Shown here piece by piece: positions 1-8,638 of a DNA stretch of 64,000 bases. Below the pieces are notes generated by a model, which worked only from the letters and a program-made list of their open reading frames with translations, had not been told where the DNA came from and did not search any database. This DNA is from Nannocystales bacterium (GTDB taxonomy: Bacteria; Myxococcota_A; Polyangia; Nannocystales; Nannocystaceae): contig JBOEGF010000011.1 in NCBI GenBank assembly GCA_050633305.1, positions 159,312 to 223,311 on the forward strand. The letters are read 5' to 3'. Each line of letters begins with the position of its first letter. The stretch's first letter is position 1. Made by a program: the position numbers and the translations under genes.

Positions 1-1062
1 CCGCCGGGCCTGCTGGTCGTTGACGAGAGTTCGATGATCGACGTCGCGCTGGCGGCCGCGTTGCTGGGGTCGCTGACCGATGCCCACCGTCTCCTGCTCG
101 TGGGTGATGCCGACCAGCTCCCCTCCGTCGGCGCGGGCAATGTCTTGCGCGACGTGATGGCCGTGGCCGAGGACCCCGAGACCCCGATCGCGTTGGTTCG
201 GCTCACCGAGGTCTTTCGCCAGGACGAAGGCAGCAGCATCATCGGCAACGCCCACCGTGTCCTGCATGGGCAGGAACTTGATCCGGACGTCTCCGGGGAG
301 CAGGGCGAGTTCTTCGTCGTTGCCTGTCGCACCGCCCAACGAGTCCACGACTTGGCGGTGCGCATGGCTACGGACCGGATCCCCGCCGCATACGGCATTG
401 AAGGCCGCACCGACGTGCAGGTTCTGGTTCCGATGCACAAGGGCATCGCGGGGACGGAGAACCTCAACCGGAGCCTTCAGGCCCACTTCACCAGCGGACA
501 GCGTGAGTGGGCGGTCGGAGGCAAAAACACGCCGCGGCGGATCTTTCGAAGAACCGATCGGGTGATGCAGACCCGCAACGACTACGAGAAAGCCGTGTTC
601 AACGGCGACATCGGAGAGGTGGTCGATGTGGATGCCGAGGCCGCAACGCTCACCGTCGACTTCGATGGCAAGAGGGTGAAATACGAGGGGCGCGAGGTTT
701 CGGCGTTGCAGCTGGCCTACGCACTGTCGATTCACAAGAGCCAGGGCAGCGAGTTCGATGCCGTGATCGTGTGCCTGCTCCCCGAGCACCACGTCATGCT
801 GCGCCGAAACCTGCTCTACACCGCGATCACACGCGCCAAGAAGCTGTGCGTCATCGTAGGGGACACACGGGCGATCGAGCGTGCCATCGGTCAGGCATCG
901 GACAACCTGCGGCACACGGGCCTCGCACGCCGGCTGGCGGAGACGCTGAAGCTCGGCGGACTCGGGCTGGTGCCGGAGTTGATGGAGGACGCGGGGCCCC
1001 ACCCAGAGCCGCCGTTCAAGCTCCATGCGGTTGCAGAACCAGACGACGAGTCCGAGCGCTGA
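1..1062 (+). CDS. recD2: RecD2-like ATP-dependent DNA helicase (5'-truncated by window)
   Basis: SF1B helicase motifs VVDESSM (frame from base 1), LVGDADQLPSVG, LTEVFRQ, YALSIHKSQGSE, LLYTAITRAK. Confidence 0.93.
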   Translation, partial: PPGLLVVDESSMIDVALAAALLGSLTDAHRLLLVGDADQLPSVGAGNVLRDVMAVAEDPETPIALVRLTEVFRQDEGSSIIGNAHRVLHGQELDPDVSGEQGEFFVVACRTAQRVHDLAVRMATDRIPAAYGIEGRTDVQVLVPMHKGIAGTENLNRSLQAHFTSGQREWAVGGKNTPRRIFRRTDRVMQTRNDYEKAVFNGDIGEVVDVDAEAATLTVDFDGKRVKYEGREVSALQLAYALSIHKSQGSEFDAVIVCLLPEHHVMLRRNLLYTAITRAKKLCVIVGDTRAIERAIGQASDNLRHTGLARRLAETLKLGGLGLVPELMEDAGPHPEPPFKLHAVAEPDDESER

Positions 1063-1091
1063 GCGGCTCAGCTCGCGCGGGTTCCACCGCG

Positions 1092-1721
1092 CTAGCGACC
1101 CATCAGCACCGCGAGCGTGCGGCGCACGAGGCCATCGAGGTCCTCGGGGGGCGGATCGCTGTCGTGTGCCTTGGCGAGCGCGTTGTCCACGACCTTCGGC
1201 TTCCAGCCCAGGTTGACCAAGACGGCGCGGGCTTCGTCATCGAGGGCTTCGGCGGGTGCGTCCACCGACAGCTCCGGCTCCTCGCTGTCCTCGATGCCCA
1301 GCGCGGCTGCCAGTGGTTCGACCTTCTCACGCAGGTCCAAGATGATGCGTTCCGCCGTCCGTTTCCCGACCCCGGGGATGCGTTGAAGCGTCGCTTGCTC
1401 GCCTTGCCCGATCGCCTCGAGCAGCTCCAGCAGTGGGAATCCGCCGAGCACGGCGACGGCGTTCTTCGGGCCAACCTGCGGGACCGAGGTGAGCAGCTGA
1501 AACATGCGCCGCTCTTCGGGCAACATGAAGCCGTACAGGGCGAGCGCGTCCTCGCGGACATGCGTGTGGACCCACAACGCGCACTCTTCGTCTTCGCCCG
1601 GCACGTCGGCAAACGTCTGCCAGGAGACGATGAGCTGATAGCCGACGCCGCCCACGTCGAGCACGACGGTGCCCGTGAGCGCGTCGCGTACGAGCACGAT
1701 TCCGCGAAGATGTCCGATCAT
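1092..1721 (-). CDS. ruvA: Holliday junction branch migration protein RuvA
   Basis: MIGHLRG, DVGGVGY, HVREDALALYGF, HhH motifs VPQVGPK and IPGVGKRTAERI. Confidence 0.96.
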   Translation of the reverse strand: MIGHLRGIVLVRDALTGTVVLDVGGVGYQLIVSWQTFADVPGEDEECALWVHTHVREDALALYGFMLPEERRMFQLLTSVPQVGPKNAVAVLGGFPLLELLEAIGQGEQATLQRIPGVGKRTAERIILDLREKVEPLAAALGIEDSEEPELSVDAPAEALDDEARAVLVNLGWKPKVVDNALAKAHDSDPPPEDLDGLVRRTLAVLMGR

Positions 1722-2257
1722 GACAGGGTCCGAGTCTGCGAGCTGGCATCCACGCCTGCGGCCCGAGCCGGTGCACTGTGCCCGTGACAGAGCGCGATGG
1801 CTAGGGCATCGGCCGCGTCCGTCGAGGGGGTGTTGCGCAGGCGAAAGAGCATCTGCACCCGCGTTTGAACCTGGGCTTTGGTCGCTCGGCCGTGACCCAC
1901 GACCTGCTGCTTGATCGTGGAGGGCGCGTACTCAAACGTGGGAAGACCGTGCTGCGCGGTCAGCAGCATGATCGCCCCCCGAGCTTGGCCCAGCTTGAGC
2001 GCGCTCGCGGCGTTCTTGCCGTAGTAGGCCTTCTCCAAAGCCACCGCGGTCGGTTTGAGCTCGTCGATGATCTCCGTGAGCCCCGCTGCGATCTCGGCGA
2101 TTCGCACCGGGACCTCGAGCGTCTTGCAGGGTCGCAGGACACCGCATTCGAGGTACTCGAACGCTCCGCCGCGGTCCGGATGGGTCTCGATGACGCCGTA
2201 CCCGACACACAGGGTGCCAGGGTCGATGCCGAGAATCCGCTGCGGTCCGACGCCCAT
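1718..2257 (-). CDS. ruvC: Holliday junction resolvase RuvC
   Basis: RILGIDPG, ALE, LGQARG, YAPSTIK, GRATKAQV, DAADALAIALCH; 4-bp overlap with ruvA; ATG at 2257 chosen. Confidence 0.96.
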   Translation of the reverse strand: MGVGPQRILGIDPGTLCVGYGVIETHPDRGGAFEYLECGVLRPCKTLEVPVRIAEIAAGLTEIIDELKPTAVALEKAYYGKNAASALKLGQARGAIMLLTAQHGLPTFEYAPSTIKQQVVGHGRATKAQVQTRVQMLFRLRNTPSTDAADALAIALCHGHSAPARAAGVDASSQTRTLS

Positions 2258-2304
2258 CCGTTCCTCTGGGGTACCACAGGCCCCCAACGCACCGGAAATC
2301 CGGC

Positions 2305-3099
2305 TCAGCGTCGTGCTGCGTGGGTCGCCTCGAGCAGATCCCCGACGGTCATCGTTCGAGGGAGCCCCTGCTGGGCAACGGCGTTCCACAGGGGTCCGAG
2401 GGCGTCGTCGGGGTCCGATGCTTCGAGTGCTTCTTGGAGCGCGAGGACGGCTGCACGGCGACGCCCTTCGTCGAGGGCGAGCCGAAGCGCGCTCGCGACG
2501 GGGCTGTCGGTGGGCGGGGGCTCGGGCAGGCGAAACACCAACCCCGATGCATCGTTGGAGGCGGGGGCTCCACCGGATCCCACATCGGTGTGGGTGGCGG
2601 CGGCGGCGGGCTCGGAGACGCTGGGTGCGGGAGGACGGACGTCCGTTGGGACGGCACGGCCGACCCGCTCGACGACGACCGGGGGGGCTTCCTTGTGCCA
2701 ACGGCGTCGCGCGCCAGGGTCGAAGCGTTCGCGCTCGGGGGCGCGTGGCTGGACTTGGACCTGGCCGGAGGCGACGCGCTGTTCCATCGCCTGGCCGCGC
2801 TGCAGGATCTCCTCGCCGTGGCCCTTGGGAAGGACGGTCACGACCGTGTCCTCCTTGATGATCGCGTAGAGCGTCTCCCCGAACTCCACAACGGGGATCA
2901 GGGTTTGCGGCTCGCCGAGCATCGCGTCCAGCGTCCGGACAGCACGGCCACCGTCCTCGGCCTCACCCAGCGCGACATCCAGCCGGTCGCGCAGTGCCTC
3001 GTCGTCCTCTTCGGCCCGAGTGGGCACCAACTCGCGGAGCCGCTGCACGGCGCGGTGCGTGATGCTGTAGCGTCGATGGCCGACGAACGGAGGGCGCAT
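2305..3099 (-). CDS. hypothetical protein; N-terminal domain resembles BECR/DUF4258-like fold
   Basis: 264-aa ORF co-oriented with ruvC; YSITHRAVQRL...YAIIKEDTVVTVL pattern, Pro/Ala linker, helical C-terminus. Confidence 0.65.
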   Translation of the reverse strand: MRPPFVGHRRYSITHRAVQRLRELVPTRAEEDDEALRDRLDVALGEAEDGGRAVRTLDAMLGEPQTLIPVVEFGETLYAIIKEDTVVTVLPKGHGEEILQRGQAMEQRVASGQVQVQPRAPERERFDPGARRRWHKEAPPVVVERVGRAVPTDVRPPAPSVSEPAAAATHTDVGSGGAPASNDASGLVFRLPEPPPTDSPVASALRLALDEGRRRAAVLALQEALEASDPDDALGPLWNAVAQQGLPRTMTVGDLLEATHAARR

Positions 3100-3214
3100 G
3101 AAGCCGCGTGTAGCCCACCGGGGTCGCGCTGGCTACCCCCAAGAATGCCGGGCCGCTCACGTCCGATCGCATGCGCACAACCTCCCACGCTGAGGTGCTG
3201 CTACGCTCTCCCTC

Positions 3215-4204
3215 GTGCGGGCAGGATCGCGCTTTCGACGCTACTTCATGGGGCTCGCATTCGCGACGCTGGGGCTCGCTGCGTCCTCCGCCCATGCCGC
3301 CGGAGTCCGCGGTGCAGGGGCGGCGAAGGCGTCGGAATGGAAACAGGCCCCAAGCTCCACCCGGCTTCGGTCGAGAGCGATTCGGCGCGCCCGGCTGGCC
3401 GCCCTGCAAACCGCGATCGACGGGCTCGAGGGCCGCGTCGACAAGGATGCCAAGAAGGCGGTTCAGCGCGACGGAACGCGGTGGACCGGCGCCTACCGAA
3501 TCGTCTCCGAACAGGTGGATCCGGACGGCATTCGGGTCGAACTCGAGGTCGAGATCGATGTCGCGCGGTTGGCCAAGTTCGTCGCACCGTCGCTGCCGCC
3601 CTCGCCGGCGAAAGTCCGCTTCCATCTCGGAGAGCTCTCCGCGGGCCGCGGATGCACGGTGGAGACCGAGCAGGTCGGTGTGGACCTCGAGCGGCTTGGC
3701 GTGGCACGAGCAAAGGTCGGGACATCGGAGCCGGTCGTCGTCGCCCTCGAGTGTGCGCCGCTGGGCCCCGTGCCGAACACGTTGTTGCAGGCGGTGCGCG
3801 TCCGCCTGGAAGCGAAGGTCGCCGGCCGTGTGCTGCTGAAGTCGGACGAGGCCGCGTTTGGTGTCGACGAGCAGAGTGCTCGCGAACGCGGCGCAGGGGC
3901 TGTCGCGGAGGCGCTCGCTGCCGAACTCACGGGTGACCCCGGTGGCGTCGTGGTTCGTGTCGAGTCTCCTCATCCGGCCTCTCGGGTGCGGCGTCTGCAG
4001 CGAGCATTGACGGATCGAGTGTCCGGGGTACGGAAAGCGAAGCTCGTGGGGATCGACCTCGACGGCTCAGTGCGCATCGAGTTGGTGGGGAAAGCCGCCG
4101 CGCAGGACATCGCCCGAGGGTTGCAGGCATTGAACCTTCCGGACTTCGAGGTCACGGTTGTCGGTGTTCATGACCCCCGTGCGCTCACGGTTCGCCTTCG
4201 CTAG
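3215..4204 (+). CDS. secreted hypothetical protein
   Basis: Signal peptide-like N-terminus (RR, hydrophobic stretch, AHA); 329-aa ORF; TGcTACGCT upstream. Confidence 0.7.
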   Translation: MRAGSRFRRYFMGLAFATLGLAASSAHAAGVRGAGAAKASEWKQAPSSTRLRSRAIRRARLAALQTAIDGLEGRVDKDAKKAVQRDGTRWTGAYRIVSEQVDPDGIRVELEVEIDVARLAKFVAPSLPPSPAKVRFHLGELSAGRGCTVETEQVGVDLERLGVARAKVGTSEPVVVALECAPLGPVPNTLLQAVRVRLEAKVAGRVLLKSDEAAFGVDEQSARERGAGAVAEALAAELTGDPGGVVVRVESPHPASRVRRLQRALTDRVSGVRKAKLVGIDLDGSVRIELVGKAAAQDIARGLQALNLPDFEVTVVGVHDPRALTVRLR

Positions 4205-4294
4205 TGTCACGCTCCCTTCGGCCGCGGGGTGCGGGCACGATTCGTAAGCGGCATTGAGCCGGGCCGCGTTTTAGACCACCATCGTCCTCGCCTC

Positions 4295-4630
4295 ATGTCG
4301 TCCGCGGTGTCCATGGTTTCCCGAGTCGCACTTGCGTGCATCATGCTGCTCGGCGCGTGCCGTCCCGCCCCCGGTGCCGGCGCACCGTTGGCGATCGAAG
4401 TGCCCGACGCGGACACGGACGCGGACGTCTACGTGGACGGCAACTACATCGGCCAGGTCGGTTCGCTGACTGCCGCCGGAGCCGACCCTCTCGTGCTCGC
4501 GCCAGGTGTGCACCGGCTCGAGGTTCGCAAGCCGGGGCGGTTTCCCGTCCAGCGGACAATTCGTGTCGAGGGCGGAGAGGGGGCCGAGCCGGTGGTCGTG
4601 CAGGCCGAGTTGCTCGAAGACCCGTCCTGA
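4295..4630 (+). CDS. PEGA-domain lipoprotein
   Basis: Lipobox LGAC; DADVYVDGNYIG...PGVHRLEVRKPG PEGA signature; start could be 4313. Confidence 0.8.
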   Translation: MSSAVSMVSRVALACIMLLGACRPAPGAGAPLAIEVPDADTDADVYVDGNYIGQVGSLTAAGADPLVLAPGVHRLEVRKPGRFPVQRTIRVEGGEGAEPVVVQAELLEDPS

Positions 4631-4633
4631 GTC

Positions 4634-5809
4634 TCACCAGCGGAACTCGTAGCCGAGGTCGCTGCGGATCTGCAGCGCTGCGTCCGGGACCGCATACCCT
4701 TGGAAGGGGTGGGGGTCGTTCTGCATGCAGCCCGAGTCCTTGGTGCCGCCCCCCATTCCAGCTGCAGTGGGGCCGGTGCGCAACGCGAACGCGTGCTGCC
4801 GACGCTCACCGAACGTCGCCCGCAGGACAAAGCGCGCTCCGAGGAACAGCCCGCCTCGGGTGCTGACGACTCCGGAGGCTCGCACGGGACACGTGGCAGG
4901 GCTCGGGCCGTTGTGGACAAGGGTCTGACCACCCAGGCCTGCCGTCGCACTGAGGCCGAGCTCGAGTTGCTTGGCCGCTTGGAGTGCGCGGGTCCATTCC
5001 CCCAGCAGGAGGAACTGCATGGAAGAGATCCGGTGACCGCGGTTCGCCGTGGTCGGCGTGGTGGCCCATGCGAACTCGGCCCCCAGCAGGAACTCGCGTC
5101 GTTGGCCGATGTATCCGCCGGCGCGAAGCGAGGGGCCGAGCGCGGGCAAGGAATCGATGCCGGCTGTCGACGACATGGCCCCGGGGGCGATGGCGTCCAG
5201 TGAGAAGCCGAAACCGAACATCCCATGCGGGAATCCGGGGCGCATCGGCGAGACCGCGGGAGGCGGTCGAGCGGGGGGCTCGGGTGCGGGCTCAGGTCCG
5301 GTGACTGGAGTCGGGGCGGCGTCGGGTTCGGGTTCCGGCGAAACCTCCGCGTCCGACTCCCGCAGCTCCAACGTCGCACGGCCAGGATCTCCGCCGTCGA
5401 TACGCCACTCGTCGATCAGGTTGGGTCGACCTCGAAGGTCTTGGATCGTCGCCGCGACGGCGTACCGATCGGCGGCGCCAGGGGCCGCATCGAGGTAGGC
5501 GTTGTACGCCGTGACCGCAGCGGCACGGTGCGTCTCGTAGGTGTCGGGGTCTTCGTCCGCGGCGAGCAGCAGACGGTGATGACACACGGCGATGTTGTAG
5601 TGGAGGCCGGAGGTGGGCCGCAGCCTCAGGGCATCCTCAAACGACACGATCGCTTCGTCGTACCGTTCGGCCTGCGCATGTTCCCGCCCCTGGGCGAACG
5701 CGACCCTCGCCTGCGCGCGAGCGTCCTTCTCCTCGGGCGCCGCCGCATCCGGACTGGGGGGTTCCGCCGGTGCTGTCGCAAGCGCGGCAGCCAACAGTGC
5801 AACGAGCAC
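4634..5809 (-). CDS. secreted TPR protein with C-terminal beta-strand (outer-membrane barrel-like) domain
   Basis: Signal peptide, TPR-like AFAQGREH...YNIAVCH, Pro-rich linker, amphipathic strands ending in LGYEFRW; GTG at 5809 inferred. Confidence 0.7.
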   Translation of the reverse strand: MLVALLAAALATAPAEPPSPDAAAPEEKDARAQARVAFAQGREHAQAERYDEAIVSFEDALRLRPTSGLHYNIAVCHHRLLLAADEDPDTYETHRAAAVTAYNAYLDAAPGAADRYAVAATIQDLRGRPNLIDEWRIDGGDPGRATLELRESDAEVSPEPEPDAAPTPVTGPEPAPEPPARPPPAVSPMRPGFPHGMFGFGFSLDAIAPGAMSSTAGIDSLPALGPSLRAGGYIGQRREFLLGAEFAWATTPTTANRGHRISSMQFLLLGEWTRALQAAKQLELGLSATAGLGGQTLVHNGPSPATCPVRASGVVSTRGGLFLGARFVLRATFGERRQHAFALRTGPTAAGMGGGTKDSGCMQNDPHPFQGYAVPDAALQIRSDLGYEFRW

Positions 5810-5849
5810 GAGGTCGAACTCTACTACTGCGTGGGAGCAGGTGGGAGAC

Positions 5850-7412
5850 TCAGGCCGGCGGGGTCGCAGGCACGGGCCCCGGAGGCGGCGGCAGCGAGTC
5901 GGCGCCTGGAGCCCCCGCGTCTTCGGCGGGGTTGGACGGCGCGGCGGCTGGTGTTGGCGGCGGGGTGGGGTCTGCGGGCGCGGCTTTGACGATCGCCCCC
6001 ATGCCATCTCGAGCGCGCGCGGTGACACCGGTCTTGGTCAGACGCGCATCGCGGTTGCGCTCGAGCGCGCTACGACGCTCCAGATAGATCTGGACGAGGC
6101 GGCGCGCGGCGTAGTGCGCCTTGATCCGCCACTTGGGTTCGTTGGCCAGCAACACCGCGAACGCGATCTCGGGGCGGTCGGCGGGTGCGAAGCCAATGAA
6201 CCAGTTGTAGTTGAGGTAGGGTGCCCGCTTGCCAGTGAGGCTTCCGGTCTTTCCGGCCACCACCACGTCGGCGATGTAGGGCTTGCCCTGCGGATCGACG
6301 AAGCTCTTGCGAGCGGTGCCCGACGTTGTGGTCGAGCGCATCATCTCTCCAAGGGCGAGGGCCGTCTCGGCCGAGATGGCCCGGGTCGGTTTCGGCCGGG
6401 CAGGGGAGAGGTCGCTGCCGTCGGGCCCGAGGACCTGGTCGATGACGTGCGGGGGCTGGTACACGCCTCCGCGGGCGAAGATGCTCACCATCGTCGCGGC
6501 GTGAATCGGCGAGAGGTCGACGTTCCAGAAGCCTGCCGCGACCTTGGCTCGCTCCATGGGGTCGGCGGGGATGTGCGCCGGGCTCCGCTCGACCGTGTAT
6601 TCGAACGGGATCTGCGTTTCGAACAGCAGCGAGTGCGCGACGTCGACGAGGTCCTGCTGACCTAGGTGCTTATGGGCCAGCTTGGCGATGACCAAGTTGT
6701 AGCTGTGCGCCACGGCTGAGGAGAGCGTCTCGCACCGCGTATCCCGGGCGGGATTGTCGGTGAGCATGTCGTCCTCGATTCCGTGCAGGCCTCCGGAGAA
6801 GCAGGCTCGGGTGCTCGGCGTGACCGTGCCTGACTCGAGCAGCCCCGCAGTGGTCACGAGCTTAAAGGTGGAGGCGGCCGGTGCCCACGCGCTGGCGACG
6901 ATTTCGACGGGGTCGACCTCGGTGTCCATGCTGGAGTGGCCGGCGAGGACCAGGACCGAGTTGTCCCGAATGTCGAGCATGACCGCGCCGGCGTAGGGCA
7001 CCTCGCGGTTCTCGAAGATCGTCAGCGCGGACTCCTGCAGGACAGGGTCGAGCGTCAGCATGATCCGGTGGCCGTCGTTGAGCTCCTGGACGAAGCGGCT
7101 CTTCTTCGGATCTGCGACTGCGCTCGCCGCGTCCGCCGCGGGCGCAGCCGGAGTGTCGGTCTCGGGCTTGGCCGCCTGCGGATCGGAGATCGTCACCAGG
7201 GCGGTGGCGCTCAGGTCGAGGCGATCTGCCCAGGGCAGCACCAACGATGTCTCTTCATCGGGGGTGACATCGGGGAGAACCGTCGCCGACTTCCGCACAC
7301 CGTCGTACCCCTCGGGCGCGCTCTGTTGCTGGACGTAGAAGGCGATGGCACCAAGTGTCCCCAGAAAGAACAGCGCGCCTACGCCGCTGAGACCCTTTCG
7401 TGGCGTTCCCAT
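5850..7412 (-). CDS. penicillin-binding transpeptidase domain protein
   Basis: N-terminal TM; SxxK (ASTFK), SxN (SYN) and KTG motifs; Pro-rich tail. Confidence 0.9.
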   Translation of the reverse strand: MGTPRKGLSGVGALFFLGTLGAIAFYVQQQSAPEGYDGVRKSATVLPDVTPDEETSLVLPWADRLDLSATALVTISDPQAAKPETDTPAAPAADAASAVADPKKSRFVQELNDGHRIMLTLDPVLQESALTIFENREVPYAGAVMLDIRDNSVLVLAGHSSMDTEVDPVEIVASAWAPAASTFKLVTTAGLLESGTVTPSTRACFSGGLHGIEDDMLTDNPARDTRCETLSSAVAHSYNLVIAKLAHKHLGQQDLVDVAHSLLFETQIPFEYTVERSPAHIPADPMERAKVAAGFWNVDLSPIHAATMVSIFARGGVYQPPHVIDQVLGPDGSDLSPARPKPTRAISAETALALGEMMRSTTTSGTARKSFVDPQGKPYIADVVVAGKTGSLTGKRAPYLNYNWFIGFAPADRPEIAFAVLLANEPKWRIKAHYAARRLVQIYLERRSALERNRDARLTKTGVTARARDGMGAIVKAAPADPTPPPTPAAAPSNPAEDAGAPGADSLPPPPGPVPATPPA

Positions 7413-7611
7413 GGCAGCCAGAGCGCAGCCTATAGCAGCGCGGGGATGGGCACGTCAAAAAGATCGCGATCAGCGCGAGACAGAGGTGGCGGTGTACGGG
7501 AGCTGCACACAAGTACACCGTGCCCCATACGGTGCAGATGCGGGGGTCTTTCCCTGGGGCAGTTTCCTGCTACGATGACACTTCGTTCGCGGACTGCGGA
7601 CGTTCGCGGTC

Positions 7612-8526
7612 ATGCGCGACGAAACCATCGTCACCGTCATCCACAAAGTGGAGGACACCGGGCTCCATCGCCACAAGAAGGACGCGTGCATCGTGGTCAT
7701 CTACGGTGCGGAGCTTGGTCGTAAGTACAACATCGAGAACCGGGAGATGACCATCGGCCGGGGAACGACGGCTGATATCTGCGTTTCGCAGGATTCCGTG
7801 TCGCGTACGCACGCTACGGTGATGATCGACGACGCCGGGGTAAAGATTCGCGACAACGAGTCGACGAACGGCACCTACGTCAACGACCACAAGATTCACG
7901 AGGCCTACTTGAAGGACGGCGACCTCATCAAGGTCGGCCGCAGCATCTTCAAGTTCCTCACCGGCGACAACATCGAGAGCTCGTATCACGAGGAGATCTA
8001 CCGGCTGTCGACCGTCGACGGCCTCACGCAGATCTTCAACAAGCGCTACTTCGTCGAGACGCTCGAGCGCGAGCTCAGCCGGGCCCGTCGTTACGACCGT
8101 CCGCTCGCGCTGATGATGTTCGACATCGACCACTTCAAGCGCTGCAACGACACCTTCGGGCATCGCGCCGGGGACCACGTCCTGCGACACATGGCCGACA
8201 TCGTCCGGCAGCGGGCGCGCAAGGTCGACGTTGTCGCCCGGTATGGCGGAGAAGAGTTCGCGGTGATCCTGCCGGAGATCGATGAACTCGGCGCCGCCCA
8301 CTTCGCAGAGACCGTCCGAGCAATGGTCGAGCAAGAGGAGTTCACCTTCGAAGGTCGGCGGATCCCGTTGACGATCTCGATCGGTGTCGCCGAGCTTGCG
8401 ACCGAGGTTGCCAACGCTGACGACCTGATCAAGCGCGCGGATGCCCGGCTGTACCTCGCGAAGCAGGGCGGCCGAAACCGCGTAGTCTGGACCGACGACC
8501 CGAATCTCTCGGTTGCGGTTCGGTAG
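7612..8526 (+). CDS. FHA-GGDEF diguanylate cyclase
   Basis: FHA motifs IGR, VSRTHA, STNGT; DGLT, DIDHFK, NDTFGH, RxxD I-site (RKVD), GGEEF. Confidence 0.93.
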   Translation: MRDETIVTVIHKVEDTGLHRHKKDACIVVIYGAELGRKYNIENREMTIGRGTTADICVSQDSVSRTHATVMIDDAGVKIRDNESTNGTYVNDHKIHEAYLKDGDLIKVGRSIFKFLTGDNIESSYHEEIYRLSTVDGLTQIFNKRYFVETLERELSRARRYDRPLALMMFDIDHFKRCNDTFGHRAGDHVLRHMADIVRQRARKVDVVARYGGEEFAVILPEIDELGAAHFAETVRAMVEQEEFTFEGRRIPLTISIGVAELATEVANADDLIKRADARLYLAKQGGRNRVVWTDDPNLSVAVR

Positions 8527-8638
8527 GTTGTCGGCCTCCCCCGCGGCCTCCGCTGGCCCCTCCGTGGCCCGTCCACAGGACGACGCGTTGCAGGGCCCGG
8601 TTGGCTCGACTTCGCCGTGGTGATACCCAGTTGAGGTC

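Noticed and set aside
8110..8190. Possible Hypr-GGDEF (3',3'-cGAMP synthase)
   Set aside because: The specificity position reads GHRAGD (Asp), as in ordinary c-di-GMP cyclases, not Ser.
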